A stretch of 64,000 nucleotides of DNA from a virus: IMG/VR virus record IMGVR_UViG_3300049811_000081, positions 1-64,000 of that record. The stretch is one strand, 5' to 3'. This document shows positions 41,674 through 53,129 of this stretch, piece after piece. The translations under genes and the position numbers were made by a program. The notes beneath the pieces are model-generated. The model saw nothing but the letters and a program-made list of their open reading frames with translations, was not told the origin of the DNA and did no database searches. Within the stretch, counting starts at the first letter, position 1. Every line of letters begins with the position of its first letter.

Positions 41674-43458
41674 ACATAAAATATAAAAAAAAGATTACTC
41701 ATTTGAGTAATCTTCGACAAGTATTTTTTGAGTAAGGTTTAATAGGTTACCCTTTCTTCATACCCAGCCAAATTAGCTGCGTTAGGCACAATTAACCACG
41801 TTTTGTTTCTACCGTCAGGATAGTTAAAGTCCCGCATTTCGTTTTCGGAAAAGATGTAAGCCGCAGCATCGAAAGGACCGTTTTCAACCACACAAACCAA
41901 ATCCTTTTGGAATGTTAGTGAATTTTGATCAACAATTTTTGCATCACCTTCTTCAATGAGGAATTTGGCTTTCTGTTTTGCGGGGGCTATTTTACCGTTT
42001 ACCTGATTAATGTAGTATCCCATAATTTTTATTTTTTCGTGTGATAATATTTTTTTGATATTGTGTCTCTTTCTTTTTTTATCATAAATGTTTTAAGATC
42101 GAATGTTTCTTTCACATTAATTGTGTATTCAACAAAGTTCCAATCATTTATGGCATACACCAATCCGTTTTTTTTACATTCTTCTGGCGAAAGCGTTACT
42201 TTGGATTCATATTGTTCCAATTTATAACCATTTTTATAAATGGAATACCCATACAAAGAACGGAAAATAAAAAACGTAAAGACGAATACCGCAGAAAAAT
42301 AAATTAATCTTTTCATGGTTTGTTATTTATATTCACTTTCCCAATTTTTAATTGAAAACTTATCCTTATCGTCAAGCCATATTGCTCTCCAAAATGATGA
42401 GAATGCTGTTATCAAAATAATTGACGTAGCAGTTCCCCAATGATTATGGTTTGTTGCTATGTTAAGTCCTATTGAAAACACAAGACTTGTTAAAATACAC
42501 ATAAAAATAAAGGAGAAAGGATCTCTCATAAACCATCCCTGAATTAGGTTCCACACATTCAAATCATTACCCCATTTATGTACCAATAGGTATTGGTCAT
42601 CATTTATGGAATAAAATAGAATAGGATCCACCGGTTTCGGTTTGTCCTGTAATTTAAATGATTTGGCTGGGGCCAAAATGTAGAATTTGTATTGGTAATC
42701 GTAGCTACCTAAATTTATGTTATTTTCCTTACCAAAATTCTTGATGATTGCAGGTAAGGTCGATTCGATATATCCAGAATACTTATCACTACGCAAGAAC
42801 CTCAAGTGGTATTTTATTGCGATGTCTTTTATTTGATCTTTTGTTAGAACAGGGTTTTTATATTGTTCTATGTGATTTTTTAAAATTGCAGAATTGGATT
42901 TTTTTTCTTCAATTACTTTAATGGATTTATCAATACCCATAGACCTTAGAATTTGTCTATCCTCGGCACTATCCATTTCGAGTAATTTTTGTGCCTCATT
43001 CAAAACCGAGTTGGTTTCTTCGATGTTTGATTCACCCAGTTTTTTGATCTCGTTTTCTAACTTTACTTTAAACATGGTTTTTGGTTTTGGAGTTATTAAA
43101 TGTTATTTAGATTTTTCTTCTTCCATGATATATGATTCTAACTCAACTTCACAATCTTTACAAGTAGAATGAACATACTTAATCATACATTCCGCCAATT
43201 CTTGACTTGATGTTTGAAGAATTTTGAAATTCAGTTCTCTAACCAATTTTTTTCCGTCCAATGAATACGTTACCGCCTGCAATATTGCATATGGGTCACC
43301 TTTATAATATATCATATTCCCCACCATAGTAAATCCTTCTATCGAATAACCAGAAAGGGAAGATGGTGTTGAACAAGAAACGCTATTGAATAAGAAAAGA
43401 ATATATGCAAATATTGATATTACCAATTTCTTCATGGGTATGATTTAAATTTTTATTA

Positions 43459-43644
43459 TTAATCCTCTAAAATTCTTGTTTCGGAATTTGGTATATAGTT
43501 TTTAACCATTTCTACGGTATCCATACACGCTTGTTTGGAACTATATCCTTCGGATACCGATAAAACTTCACCGTTTGGTGCAACTAAACACCAATACCAT
43601 TCTTCCAATTTGTTTTGCTTAACTTCAATAATTAAGTTTCTCAT
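43459..43644 (-). CDS. DUF1508/YegP-like protein
   Basis: WYW.L.APNGEV..SEGYSSKQAC. Confidence 0.8.
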   Translation of the reverse strand: MRNLIIEVKQNKLEEWYWCLVAPNGEVLSVSEGYSSKQACMDTVEMVKNYIPNSETRILED

Positions 43645-44179
43645 TTCTCAATAATTTTTAAAACTGTATCATTTTTTAAAATCGTATCCTTATTAAGGTA
43701 GGAAGAATCTGGAACATTATCAACAGTATCTTTTATTTCAGAATGATCTTCCCAAACGGTTGGGTTTGTATTCTTTTGTAAGTAATAAGTTAAAACGGAA
43801 AAGAAAATAACAAAAAGAAATCCTATTAAAGCCAATTTTAGGGGATTAGTTTTTTTCATTGTTATTTTATTTATGGATTACTTATAATGTTTTATAGCAT
43901 TTTCCTCCGTTTCTTCTCCAATGAAAATAAAATCGACGGGTTGATCTTTCCCGTGATACTTCATACCGTCCCAAATACCATCACTATCCCTGTAGATGAT
44001 ATTATATTCACGAGCATCGATACCTTCTTTTTTTTCAATCTCTTCAATGACACCCTCAGCATTGTTTGTTACTGACATAAAAACTCCACCAAGATCAACG
44101 ATAGATATGATTTTGAGTTTTTCTTTGACTTTGTAATCGTAATTCGATTTAAACATGAGTTTGTTGTTTAAGATCAAAT

Positions 44180-44857
44180 TTATAATAAAGTTATGATATT
44201 ACCAAAAGAAGTTAGATATTCATAATTACCATCAGTTGAGCAAGCCGCGTTCGAGAATATAACATCAGATCCGTGTGTTCCAAATCCTTGATTTATGACA
44301 TCAGAGACATTATGTATATGACCGAAACAAACCAACTTTAAATTTTGTAGTTTATTAATTCTTTTACCCAACGATCTATCTCCACACATTTCCAAATTGT
44401 TTTTTCGATCATAAGACAAATCCCTAATTCCTTTTGGTGGTCCGTGGAGAATTAATATTTCCGTATCGTCAGGTATGGTCTCCCAAAGTAAATGGGTCTT
44501 TGCCCTGTCTTTCATAAATGCCCAATTACCGAATGTTGGTGTTATTGGAGAAGCCCATATCTTATACCCGTTTATTGTTGTGGTTTCATTTTCCAAATAG
44601 ATGATCCCATTATCTTGGAAGGTTTTTTTATTGATCATTCTTCTTTCCACACTGGTGTCATGATTACCAGCAACAAATACTTTAATTGGTATATCCAAAT
44701 TTTTATACCAATCAATGAATTCAATCATTTCATTGTTATTGATCCCACCATCCCTATCATTGGTGGCATCTCCACTATGAAAAACAACATCAGCCTTAGG
44801 TATCTGTGTTATTTGTTTGTGTAAACAATGGGTATCACTAATGTGCCAAATAATCAT
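44180..44857 (-). CDS. Calcineurin-like metallophosphoesterase
   Basis: SDTH, GD, GNHD, HGPP, GHIH motifs. Confidence 0.9.
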   Translation of the reverse strand: MIIWHISDTHCLHKQITQIPKADVVFHSGDATNDRDGGINNNEMIEFIDWYKNLDIPIKVFVAGNHDTSVERRMINKKTFQDNGIIYLENETTTINGYKIWASPITPTFGNWAFMKDRAKTHLLWETIPDDTEILILHGPPKGIRDLSYDRKNNLEMCGDRSLGKRINKLQNLKLVCFGHIHNVSDVINQGFGTHGSDVIFSNAACSTDGNYEYLTSFGNIITLL

Positions 44858-45231
44858 TACAAACTATTGGTTCTATGGTATTGAAATTCGATTACGGTAA
44901 CGATTTCATTCGCATTAAAATTGTTACCATAAACATTACTCATTTCTTCAAATAACCCCTCAATTGTTTTACAATTATCGTCATGTTCTTTTTCTAAAAG
45001 TTCTGGAGGGATGTCCTTAAATTTATATACCTTAACATCCAAAACCCTGATAAATCCATCATAAAAGGGAACCAACCCTTCCGGTTTATTTGTTGATGTT
45101 GTAAAAACAATATCACCAACTTCTAAATCAGCCCATTTCACACCCCTTCTTACGGTTATTTGAGCTTCTCTTTCTCTCAAATTAAAATTACTGAAATAGA
45201 GTATGTTTTTATGTACTCCCATATTAATCAA
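44857..45231 (-). CDS. ASCH/PUA-like domain protein
   Basis: TVRRG..VGD..V.DV..F.DI..VTVIEF. Confidence 0.55.
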   Translation of the reverse strand: MINMGVHKNILYFSNFNLREREAQITVRRGVKWADLEVGDIVFTTSTNKPEGLVPFYDGFIRVLDVKVYKFKDIPPELLEKEHDDNCKTIEGLFEEMSNVYGNNFNANEIVTVIEFQYHRTNSL

Positions 45232-45614
45232 ATTTGTGTAATATTGAATACTATCTTATTCTTTTCTTTCTTTTCATGACTGATGACATTACCACTTGTT
45301 GATAGATTATTATCTTTATGTGGTTCGGGGGTGTTGGATCCAGGTGTTACCCCAATTGGTCCAGAAACTCCTTTATGTCCCTCAATACCCTTATGTCCCT
45401 CAATACCTTTTTTATATGTGATATTATATTCACGAGCATCTATACCTTGCATTCCCGGAAGATGACCAAATTCTTTTTTTACAGATTTTTTTAATTTTTG
45501 GAGATCTCTTTTTACTTCCTCAGTCAATTTTTTGTGCAAATTTTTTGTATCATCCTTAAGTTTGTCTCTCCTCAATTTCTCTCTTTCTAAAAATCTTGCA
45601 ATTTCTGGGTTCAT
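45228..45614 (-). CDS. Hypothetical protein with a short collagen-like G-X-Y repeat
   Basis: GIEGHKGIEGHKGVSGPIG. Confidence 0.5.
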   Translation of the reverse strand: MNPEIARFLEREKLRRDKLKDDTKNLHKKLTEEVKRDLQKLKKSVKKEFGHLPGMQGIDAREYNITYKKGIEGHKGIEGHKGVSGPIGVTPGSNTPEPHKDNNLSTSGNVISHEKKEKNKIVFNITQI

Positions 45615-45633
45615 GGTATAAAATTAAAGTTAA

Positions 45634-45654
45634 GGGGGAGGGTTTACCTCCCCC
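45634..45654 (-). terminator. Hairpin / intrinsic terminator after the DUF4082 gene
   Basis: ggggagg-gttta-cctcccc. Confidence 0.55.
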
Positions 45655-45660
45655 ATATTT

Positions 45661-46476
45661 TTAATAAGGTATGTTTGTCCAAACACCATTGACTTGTCGT
45701 TCCCTTATCCAAGCACCTGTTTTGTACAATGTAAACCGAACAGTAGTATTCACACCATTCAATAATACCGTTCTTGTAAACCTGTAAAACCTTAATGATG
45801 GATCATCCTTTAATCTTTCATGTGGGGGTGCTGCACCAAATGTTGCTCTATATACCGTTGTACTATCGGGTGCCATGAATTTACCACCCTCTTCAGATAA
45901 CATCAAGACAAATTTTGTGGGGCTTGTATTCCAATCAAAATTACAGGTATCCCGATAAACAATATTTGTGCTCGGAGGTGGTATAACACCTTGTTCAAAA
46001 ATTATTGGTTCAACGTAGTAATTCGATTGTTGATATGTACTTGTTGGAAACGCGGGAGTTGCCCCATATTTGTAATAGCTGTTGGTTGCGTTATACAAAC
46101 TAAATTCCTTTGGGAAAAACCCGGCAACGATGTAGTAATTACCGGGAGTATGATATGAAACCACATAAGACTGACCCGGTTGCACATCAACAGGAGTTAA
46201 AAAAAACGCATCAACCCAACCAGCGGCGGTCGTTTCAGGAAAAGTTACCGAAGACAGTAATGTTCCAGAACTACTCCATAATTGACCGGTGGTGTTTCCA
46301 AACCAGGATTTATATAACCGTATTCCCGTAACCTTAGATGGAACCTTTGGGGAGAACTCCATAGATAAGGTTACACCTTCTCCATCATTTTTGGGTTCGC
46401 TCGATGGGGAGGGTAATTCTTGTCCTAATGTTGATAGACAAAACAATAATGCCAAAATTGATAACAACTTTTTCAT
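45661..46476 (-). CDS. Secreted DUF4082-domain protein
   Basis: Signal peptide; VTGIRLYK..LWSSSG.LL..GW..YVVSY..FP..SNYYV. Confidence 0.8.
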   Translation of the reverse strand: MKKLLSILALLFCLSTLGQELPSPSSEPKNDGEGVTLSMEFSPKVPSKVTGIRLYKSWFGNTTGQLWSSSGTLLSSVTFPETTAAGWVDAFFLTPVDVQPGQSYVVSYHTPGNYYIVAGFFPKEFSLYNATNSYYKYGATPAFPTSTYQQSNYYVEPIIFEQGVIPPPSTNIVYRDTCNFDWNTSPTKFVLMLSEEGGKFMAPDSTTVYRATFGAAPPHERLKDDPSLRFYRFTRTVLLNGVNTTVRFTLYKTGAWIRERQVNGVWTNIPY

Positions 46477-46550
46477 AGTTTTTGGTTTTTAATTTAAGAT
46501 CGAATTTAAGTACAAATTTTTAAAACCGTAAATAAAAAAATTAATTCGTT

Positions 46551-46961
46551 TTATTGATCGGAGGATACCATTAGATAGGGGTGTTCACAAACGTTACCAA
46601 TAACCTCACATTCTTTCTCCCATCCATATAAATCATCACCACAGTCTCCCATGACATATTTACCGTTTTCAAAAGTGACGGTACTAAGATCTTCATCGGA
46701 ACTAAACCTTAATATGTCCCCCTCATATATCTCATTTCCATTTTTATCAAGTAATCCAGAAAATTGATGCATTTCTTTAAATCGAATTGCTGGAACCAAC
46801 ATTTCAGCATAATTACCTCCCGAACCCAAAAATCCCGAACCGGTACTTTTTTCACATTTATGCCAACTCTTCGAAATAACGAAATCCCATTGCCATGGAA
46901 TGACACCATAATGCATTTTTTCACCATCCCATGCTCTGAATTTGTATTGATCGTATTTCAT
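46551..46961 (-). CDS. YopX family protein
   Basis: KFRAWD..QFSGLLDKNGNEIYEGDI..EVIGNV. Confidence 0.9.
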   Translation of the reverse strand: MKYDQYKFRAWDGEKMHYGVIPWQWDFVISKSWHKCEKSTGSGFLGSGGNYAEMLVPAIRFKEMHQFSGLLDKNGNEIYEGDILRFSSDEDLSTVTFENGKYVMGDCGDDLYGWEKECEVIGNVCEHPYLMVSSDQ

Positions 46962-47317
46962 GATAACAGTTCTTTATTTTCAAAAATATTACCGAGAACA
47001 ACAACATTTCGTTTATCGAAGTCTTCGGTTATGTCATGGATTGAACCATCGGTATTTTCAACGTAGTAACGAGCAAGTTTTTCTGACCACTTAATGATGT
47101 ATTTATGATCATTTATCATCAATATATCATTCTCATATATGTCTTGTCCGTCACCATCATTTAATCCTGTATAACTCATTAAAACATCACCATGATCCAA
47201 TGGATATATTTCACCAAAGAAATCCGATAAACCTCCTGTGTCCTCATTTTCGTAATGCCAAGAGTTGATCATTTCTTCTAGGTTATCCAACCAAACTCTG
47301 AATTTAAGTTCTCTCAT
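46958..47317 (-). CDS. YopX family protein (start refined)
   Basis: MRELKFRVW..YTGLND..IYENDI..LGNIFENKEL. Confidence 0.85.
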   Translation of the reverse strand: MRELKFRVWLDNLEEMINSWHYENEDTGGLSDFFGEIYPLDHGDVLMSYTGLNDGDGQDIYENDILMINDHKYIIKWSEKLARYYVENTDGSIHDITEDFDKRNVVVLGNIFENKELLS

Positions 47318-47894
47318 TTTGTATTTTTTTAATGTTGTGTTTAATCGTATAACCACCTATTGATGATAAGTTTATTTCCTCTCTTTGTCTTAGGTCTAAC
47401 ACCATCTTCGGACATAACCAATTCAATTTGTTTTGCTGTCAATGCATCGAATTCCAACATTTTAAATGTGGGAATTCCTTTAAATTTTTTTGTTGAGGCG
47501 ACAATTTTAAATTGATTGGGGAGATCATAATCATTTAAATTATCTATTTGCCACAAAGAATATGTCCCGTCCACCAATCTTTCAACACATATAATGGGAA
47601 AATTTTCTTCCATTGTTAAATGGTCATCAATAATGACATAAAAATCATCTACCTTAACAAATTTAAATTTCTTTAAAATCATAAATTACTCGGTGGCTTT
47701 TAACGCAATATCAATTTTTAATAATAGACTTTCCGTGGTGCGTAACATGGTTTGTAAAACACCCCTGATTTCTGTTATTTTTTTCCCCTCTTCTCCGTGT
47801 GTGTAGTCTTCAATCATCATTAAATCAAAATCGGCATCGTCGATTAATTCGCGAGCATCCATTAGTTTTTGTTTTATAGTTTTTGTTGCCATAA

Positions 47895-48359
47895 TTAAAG
47901 GTTCATGTCGCTAACAGTATTTTTGAAAATATTCACCAACTGATCGGATAGTTTAAACCTATCTTTATTAAATTCAATAGATTTGGTTATACTACCATCC
48001 TTCGTCCTTTCTGATGCCGCTTTCCAATCAAAAAACATTTCAACAATATCCATTAAATTCATTCCATCAACACCATCATTACCATAATGTTGGGGGTGGT
48101 GTGAATTATATTCGTAGTGATGATTTAAAGCAACATCCAATTCTTTTAAACATTCTTTGTATTCATCACTACCATATTCCAAGTCTTTTAATTTTGGTGT
48201 TAACTTGTCAAATAATTCTTTTTCCGGATAACGTAATTTACTGTCATCATGTCTGATTGATCTATCGATGATCTCCTTTGCAAATTTTAATAAGAGCTCA
48301 TTAACTCTCCTGATATGTATTAACGTTTCTGCGGTAGAATCGTATTGATTTGTATCCAT
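47895..48359 (-). CDS. HD-fold protein (DUF5662-like)
   Basis: HI..V..HDDSK..HHY..NSHHP..EM..DW. Confidence 0.75.
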   Translation of the reverse strand: MDTNQYDSTAETLIHIRRVNELLLKFAKEIIDRSIRHDDSKLRYPEKELFDKLTPKLKDLEYGSDEYKECLKELDVALNHHYEYNSHHPQHYGNDGVDGMNLMDIVEMFFDWKAASERTKDGSITKSIEFNKDRFKLSDQLVNIFKNTVSDMNL

Positions 48360-48590
48360 TTTTTTAAATATTATCGGTGAATTTGTTTTTAGGAGTTTTA
48401 GTTAGATCCTGAACTCTGACATCACGAATTTTTTTAACCTTATCCTCCATTTCTTTCTTTTTGTTTCTTATCTTATCGAAGAACTCGTTGACCTTCTTTA
48501 GTTCTTCGTCAGTTACTTCAATAACCTTTTCAGATTTCACCTCTCCGTTTGAATATGATCTCATTATTATCTTGTTCATATGTTTTGTTT

Positions 48591-49106
48591 TTAAACAATA
48601 AATCCTCGATGTTCATTTAATGTAATCAATTCCCCACTTTTCTGATATATCTGATTGGCTCTATGTGACATAACCACATTAATAGCCGCAGATAGATTTA
48701 AACAATGTGCGGTGGGTATTTGAACAAATCGATGACAATGTTGTAAAATTGTTGAGGGTATTCCACCGTCTTCGGGTCCAAAAATGTAGAATGCATTTTC
48801 AGGATGTTCAAAATCAAATAAGTTTTCAGAATTTTCAACCAATTCTATCGCCACCGGAACATATCCCTTAAATTCATCTTTAAACTTTTCTGACTTACTT
48901 AGTTCAACATCCTTATATCCCTTCATTCTTTCTTCCCTTGGCATACGATATTCCCTGAATTCTTCCGAATTCATCCAATCCTTGGGGAGAGGAACTCTAT
49001 TACCACTCCAAATTAATTTTGGGATCCTCCAACAAGATGCAGAACGGATTGCTGCCCCAACATTATGGGGAAATTTTGGATTATATAATGCAATTGCTGT
49101 TGACAT
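48591..49106 (-). CDS. SpoU/TrmH-family (SPOUT) RNA methyltransferase
   Basis: P..NVGA..R..FGPEDGG..CLNLSAA. Confidence 0.85.
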   Translation of the reverse strand: MSTAIALYNPKFPHNVGAAIRSASCWRIPKLIWSGNRVPLPKDWMNSEEFREYRMPREERMKGYKDVELSKSEKFKDEFKGYVPVAIELVENSENLFDFEHPENAFYIFGPEDGGIPSTILQHCHRFVQIPTAHCLNLSAAINVVMSHRANQIYQKSGELITLNEHRGFIV

Positions 49107-51026
49107 AATGTTTATCGGTTAAACCAAATTATGGTATCAAAATCAGTTCTGATTGATTTATGTTTAACATCACTCGGATATATGTCTATGTCCGATTCCA
49201 TGTTGTTCTTAACGTATCTTCCAAATCCATCATAATCAATAAATGATCCGTCTTCACAACACTCAATGAATTCATCCAATTTCATGACATCACCAAAGGT
49301 CGATAATTCACTAAAAATTGGTTTTTTTACCAATCGATATGCTCGACTTTTTATCGCAACTTTAGTGTTTACCTCTCTCATGAAATCATTGATTTCTTTA
49401 TAGTCTAAAAATCTGTCAATGGGTAACTCATCAAATCTTTTACTTTGTTCTTCGGACGCTTGCTCATATTCCCATTCCAACCTGTTAATATATAAATCAG
49501 TTCCTTTAGCCCAAGCAACATCAGTTGGAATACAGCCCCAAATATCTAAACACACTCTTTTGTATTCCTTATCCAACTAATTAAGATTTGATGTATCTAC
49601 GGATGATTTCGTCCTTTAAGATCTCTACCGCAACTCTATGGCAATCCATTGTATTGACATGAAGTTCTTCTGAAACTTTATCTCTAAAAGACATCAAAAA
49701 TCCTTTTTCTAATTCACCTGTTGAATGATATTCTATGAGTTCTTTTCCCATTTCTTTCAATGTGATGTCATCGAGCCCCTTCAAATAATCCAAATAGTGT
49801 AACATTTTATTACTATTTTACGATTGTGACATTGGTACTAATATAAGTAATTTTTTCGGTTTTTTTTAACCTAACATACCCGTGGACGTACTTTTTTTTC
49901 TTTTTGCTAAAGAATTGCGTTTCTTCCGAAATGTGATCGTCAATAACGGTATCCAATACTTTGGGGTCATATTCCCTGTTATAAAAGAATTCATATTTTA
50001 CTTTTTCACATTCAACAACGTAAAAACCATCCATACGTTTATAGATGATACCATTTACGTGATGATTAAACCTTCTGTGTAAAATCATATCAACCTCAAC
50101 ACCACACTCAGAATGATCAATTCCTGCCTCTTTAAATTCAATTTTATCCATAGATTTATTTTTACGCGATTAATAACAGGTAAGATAAAATCGATACTAT
50201 TGATATCATCTGATACACGGTTAACCACACAAGTCTTACACCATCTCTATTCGTTAATTTTTCCAACTCCACAAAATATCTTCTGTATGTTGAGAACAAT
50301 CCATAAAAGGGAATGAAATCGGTAATTCGATATTTCATAATAATTTAATTATTTTAACTTTACCATTGGTAAACTTAGGTTGTAGGGTTACATGTCTTGT
50401 TAAACCTTTTCCACCAATTTCATCAAGGGGTCTCAATCCACCTGAAATAACAGATTGGGTTTGTTCCATTTCCAATTCCACTTCCCATGATTTGGGTTGA
50501 GATAGAAATTTGAATTTATTTTCAAGTTCTTCAGTAATATTTGTTATAGATAATCCACTCGATCTTTTACCTTCTGCCATTAATGCTGACCAAGCCATTA
50601 ATTGTTTTATATCCTCCAACGTAAACATTCTATCTGTAAGTTCTTGTGCTTTTTGAAAGCCTTTTTGGTAGTTATTGAAATGGTCATTTTTATTAGTTTC
50701 ACCAAAACTTATGGTCTTGGTATCTTCTAGCCAATACTTCTCAACATCAAACCACCCAATCTCTTTAAGTTTATCTTCGGGTATATCTTCTGAAAAAGTA
50801 ATTTGGTCTTGTTGAGCAATTACTTTTACTACACTACTTCTTAAATTATATGGACCATAATCAATTATCTTATCATTATGACCATCTACTTTAATTATAT
50901 CAGTAACTTCTCTTATATTGGCAGGTAACCCATTTGAATAAAAATCTAATCTTTTATCACCAATTATTATTTCTTCATCAGAAACAACAACAAAACCCCC
51001 TTTCAGTTTATACAATCTATACATAT

Positions 51027-51587
51027 CTAAACCAATTTATTTTCAAACAAAAGATCCAGATATTCAATCATTTCGTGACACCAGTGAATTGACGGAGGAG
51101 TTTCTCCACAAATTCCTTTTATGAACTTGGAGTTTTCGTTCCTATAACCCTCAAACATTCTGCTTTTAGTCAGCTTACTGTACTGGACATTTGCTATCCT
51201 GTCACAGAGTTTGACAAAATCTGCACATGGAGTATTTCGAATACCCTCATAATATTTCTCATTCGCCTTTTCAGCTCTTGTTTTACCCTTTTCATTCGTT
51301 ACTGCGTATATCATATCAGCAACATCATCACCCAATTTTCTTTTTACGTCGTTATAACTTTTCCTGCAATCCTCAATTAGGTCGTGACCCCAACACGCCA
51401 TCTCGACCCTATCACGTAAACTACCGTAGGATAAATTTAGGGTATTACCAATAATTAAATGTTGAAATTGTTTAAAATTTTCAACAACCATCCTTAAATG
51501 GAATTCATACGGGAGATAATCATCGTAAAAATGATTGGTGTTTCTGTGTTGGTCAATACACCATTGGATGTTTTCTACCTTATTCAT
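51027..51587 (-). CDS. HD-domain phosphohydrolase (RelA/SpoT-hydrolase-like; start refined)
   Basis: PY..HL..V..WGHDLIED..VKLCDRIAN. Confidence 0.8.
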   Translation of the reverse strand: MNKVENIQWCIDQHRNTNHFYDDYLPYEFHLRMVVENFKQFQHLIIGNTLNLSYGSLRDRVEMACWGHDLIEDCRKSYNDVKRKLGDDVADMIYAVTNEKGKTRAEKANEKYYEGIRNTPCADFVKLCDRIANVQYSKLTKSRMFEGYRNENSKFIKGICGETPPSIHWCHEMIEYLDLLFENKLV

Positions 51588-51603
51588 AAAAAATGTTTGT
51601 ATA

Positions 51604-51611
51604 CAAATATA
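51604..51611 (-). promoter_or_regulatory. Bacteroidota-type -7 promoter element
   Basis: TATATTTG on the - strand about 17 nt upstream of the HD gene start. Confidence 0.5.
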
Positions 51612-51640
51612 CATATTTTATCTGATATAAAAAATATTTT

Positions 51641-51946
51641 TTAGTCCCCACCACACGAACTACACGAACTGCAAGAGGATCCTCCACTATCCTCACCACC
51701 AAAAGAACCTCCGGCACCTCCTCCACCAAAATCTCCTCCCCCAAAATTTGTATCACGGGATGATAAATCCGAACTCATAAATCCCGAACTATGATCATAT
51801 GAACCACCGTATTTATCGTTTCTTGATGAAACATACCCACCCCTATTTTTTTTGTTCCTTCTTTTGGATCTGTTGGCCAAAAAATAAAAGATACCAATTA
51901 AAGATAAGGTTAGTAAAATAATCGACATAAATTGAATTATAGTCAT
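51641..51946 (-). CDS. TM-anchored Gly/Ser/Cys-rich low-complexity protein
   Basis: N-terminal TM; GGGDFGGGGAGG..SSCSSCSSCGG. Confidence 0.65.
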   Translation of the reverse strand: MTIIQFMSIILLTLSLIGIFYFLANRSKRRNKKNRGGYVSSRNDKYGGSYDHSSGFMSSDLSSRDTNFGGGDFGGGGAGGSFGGEDSGGSSCSSCSSCGGD

Positions 51947-52407
51947 AACAGATGTTTTATTTCGTCAATTAATACTTTGATTATTGATTTGATGTCTCCG
52001 ATTGGAATAACCCAATATTTTTTTAAATCAACGATAAGATTATTTTGTTCGTACCACCTTGTCCATATATGTCTTGGAGCTTCTTGTTTAAAGTTTTTTT
52101 TATATAATTCTAATGTTGAGACGTAATCGTATATTTTGGTTTCCCTTTTGTCTGTGGGAACATGATGTATAAATTTTTTAAAAACGGTATCACACATTTT
52201 CTTATAGTCTTTCGTAAAAAGAAGATGTGTGTGCCAAACCCTGTCAATGGGTGGTGAGGGAGATACATTAGACATAGACGCTAAAAATAAAAATTTCTTA
52301 TACTCATCAATAACCTCCGTGGCGTATTCGATACTCCACCAATTTTCTTTCATAATTCTAGAAAGAAACAGGTCATGATTTTCTACCAATTTAAAATCAA
52401 AATTCAT
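51943..52407 (-). CDS. DUF1399/GRDP-like domain protein
   Basis: EYKKFLFL..PS..IDRVWHTHLLFT.DY..FIHHVP. Confidence 0.75.
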   Translation of the reverse strand: MNFDFKLVENHDLFLSRIMKENWWSIEYATEVIDEYKKFLFLASMSNVSPSPPIDRVWHTHLLFTKDYKKMCDTVFKKFIHHVPTDKRETKIYDYVSTLELYKKNFKQEAPRHIWTRWYEQNNLIVDLKKYWVIPIGDIKSIIKVLIDEIKHLL

Positions 52408-52802
52408 GTATTAATTAATTTACGTTTTTATGTGTATGAATGAACATTTTGATTTTAAGTGAAACCCTATTCAATTCCTCAAAAACATCGGGATCATCAT
52501 TTTTCAAATTTTGTAACTCATCATCCCTGACTTTCCTTAAAGATAAATTCTCACAATCAAAATTTGGTTTATAGAACGATAGAATTTCCCCACAACTTGC
52601 ACAAATCGAAAAATCACCGTTTTTTGGGACTTCTTCACCACCATCAGCGGGTGTTGCACCACTTAAATTGTCCCCACAAGTAGGACATAAAATTTCATAA
52701 GAAAATATTGTCGTTTTCATATAAATTAATTTCCACTAAGATATGGAGTTTTATTGATTTTACAAAAAAAAATGAATAATATTTATAATAAAATACTATA
52801 TT

Positions 52803-53129
52803 ATGAAAAGAAATTTTTGGATTGAAAAGGTAATTCCTATCGGTATTGCGATACTAATCGTTGTTGTTTTGGTTAAAAATCTAATGGATCCCACATCTAC
52901 AATTGGGTGGGAGTATGAAAGAACCAGTTTATTTAATAAGGTATTAGGGGGTGTGTTTTTAAGCATGGTACCTCTTATCTTTATTACGGGAGATAGGTGG
53001 CATGTTGTTAAAAACAACCACAATTTTGATTTAATGATAAAACTATTGATGGTTGCAATCTCTCTCGTATTGTTCTTTTTTGCTTCCGTTGGTTGGTCAT
53101 ATGATCATTTACACAACCCGTATCTATGA
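52803..53129 (+). CDS. Three-TM membrane protein (opposite strand)
   Basis: Three hydrophobic segments; ATGA-coupled to the next gene. Confidence 0.6.
   Translation: MKRNFWIEKVIPIGIAILIVVVLVKNLMDPTSTIGWEYERTSLFNKVLGGVFLSMVPLIFITGDRWHVVKNNHNFDLMIKLLMVAISLVLFFFASVGWSYDHLHNPYL

Noticed and set aside
28346-47317. Four YopX genes as a novel system
   Set aside because: Multiple YopX copies are common in phage accessory regions; listed as features only.
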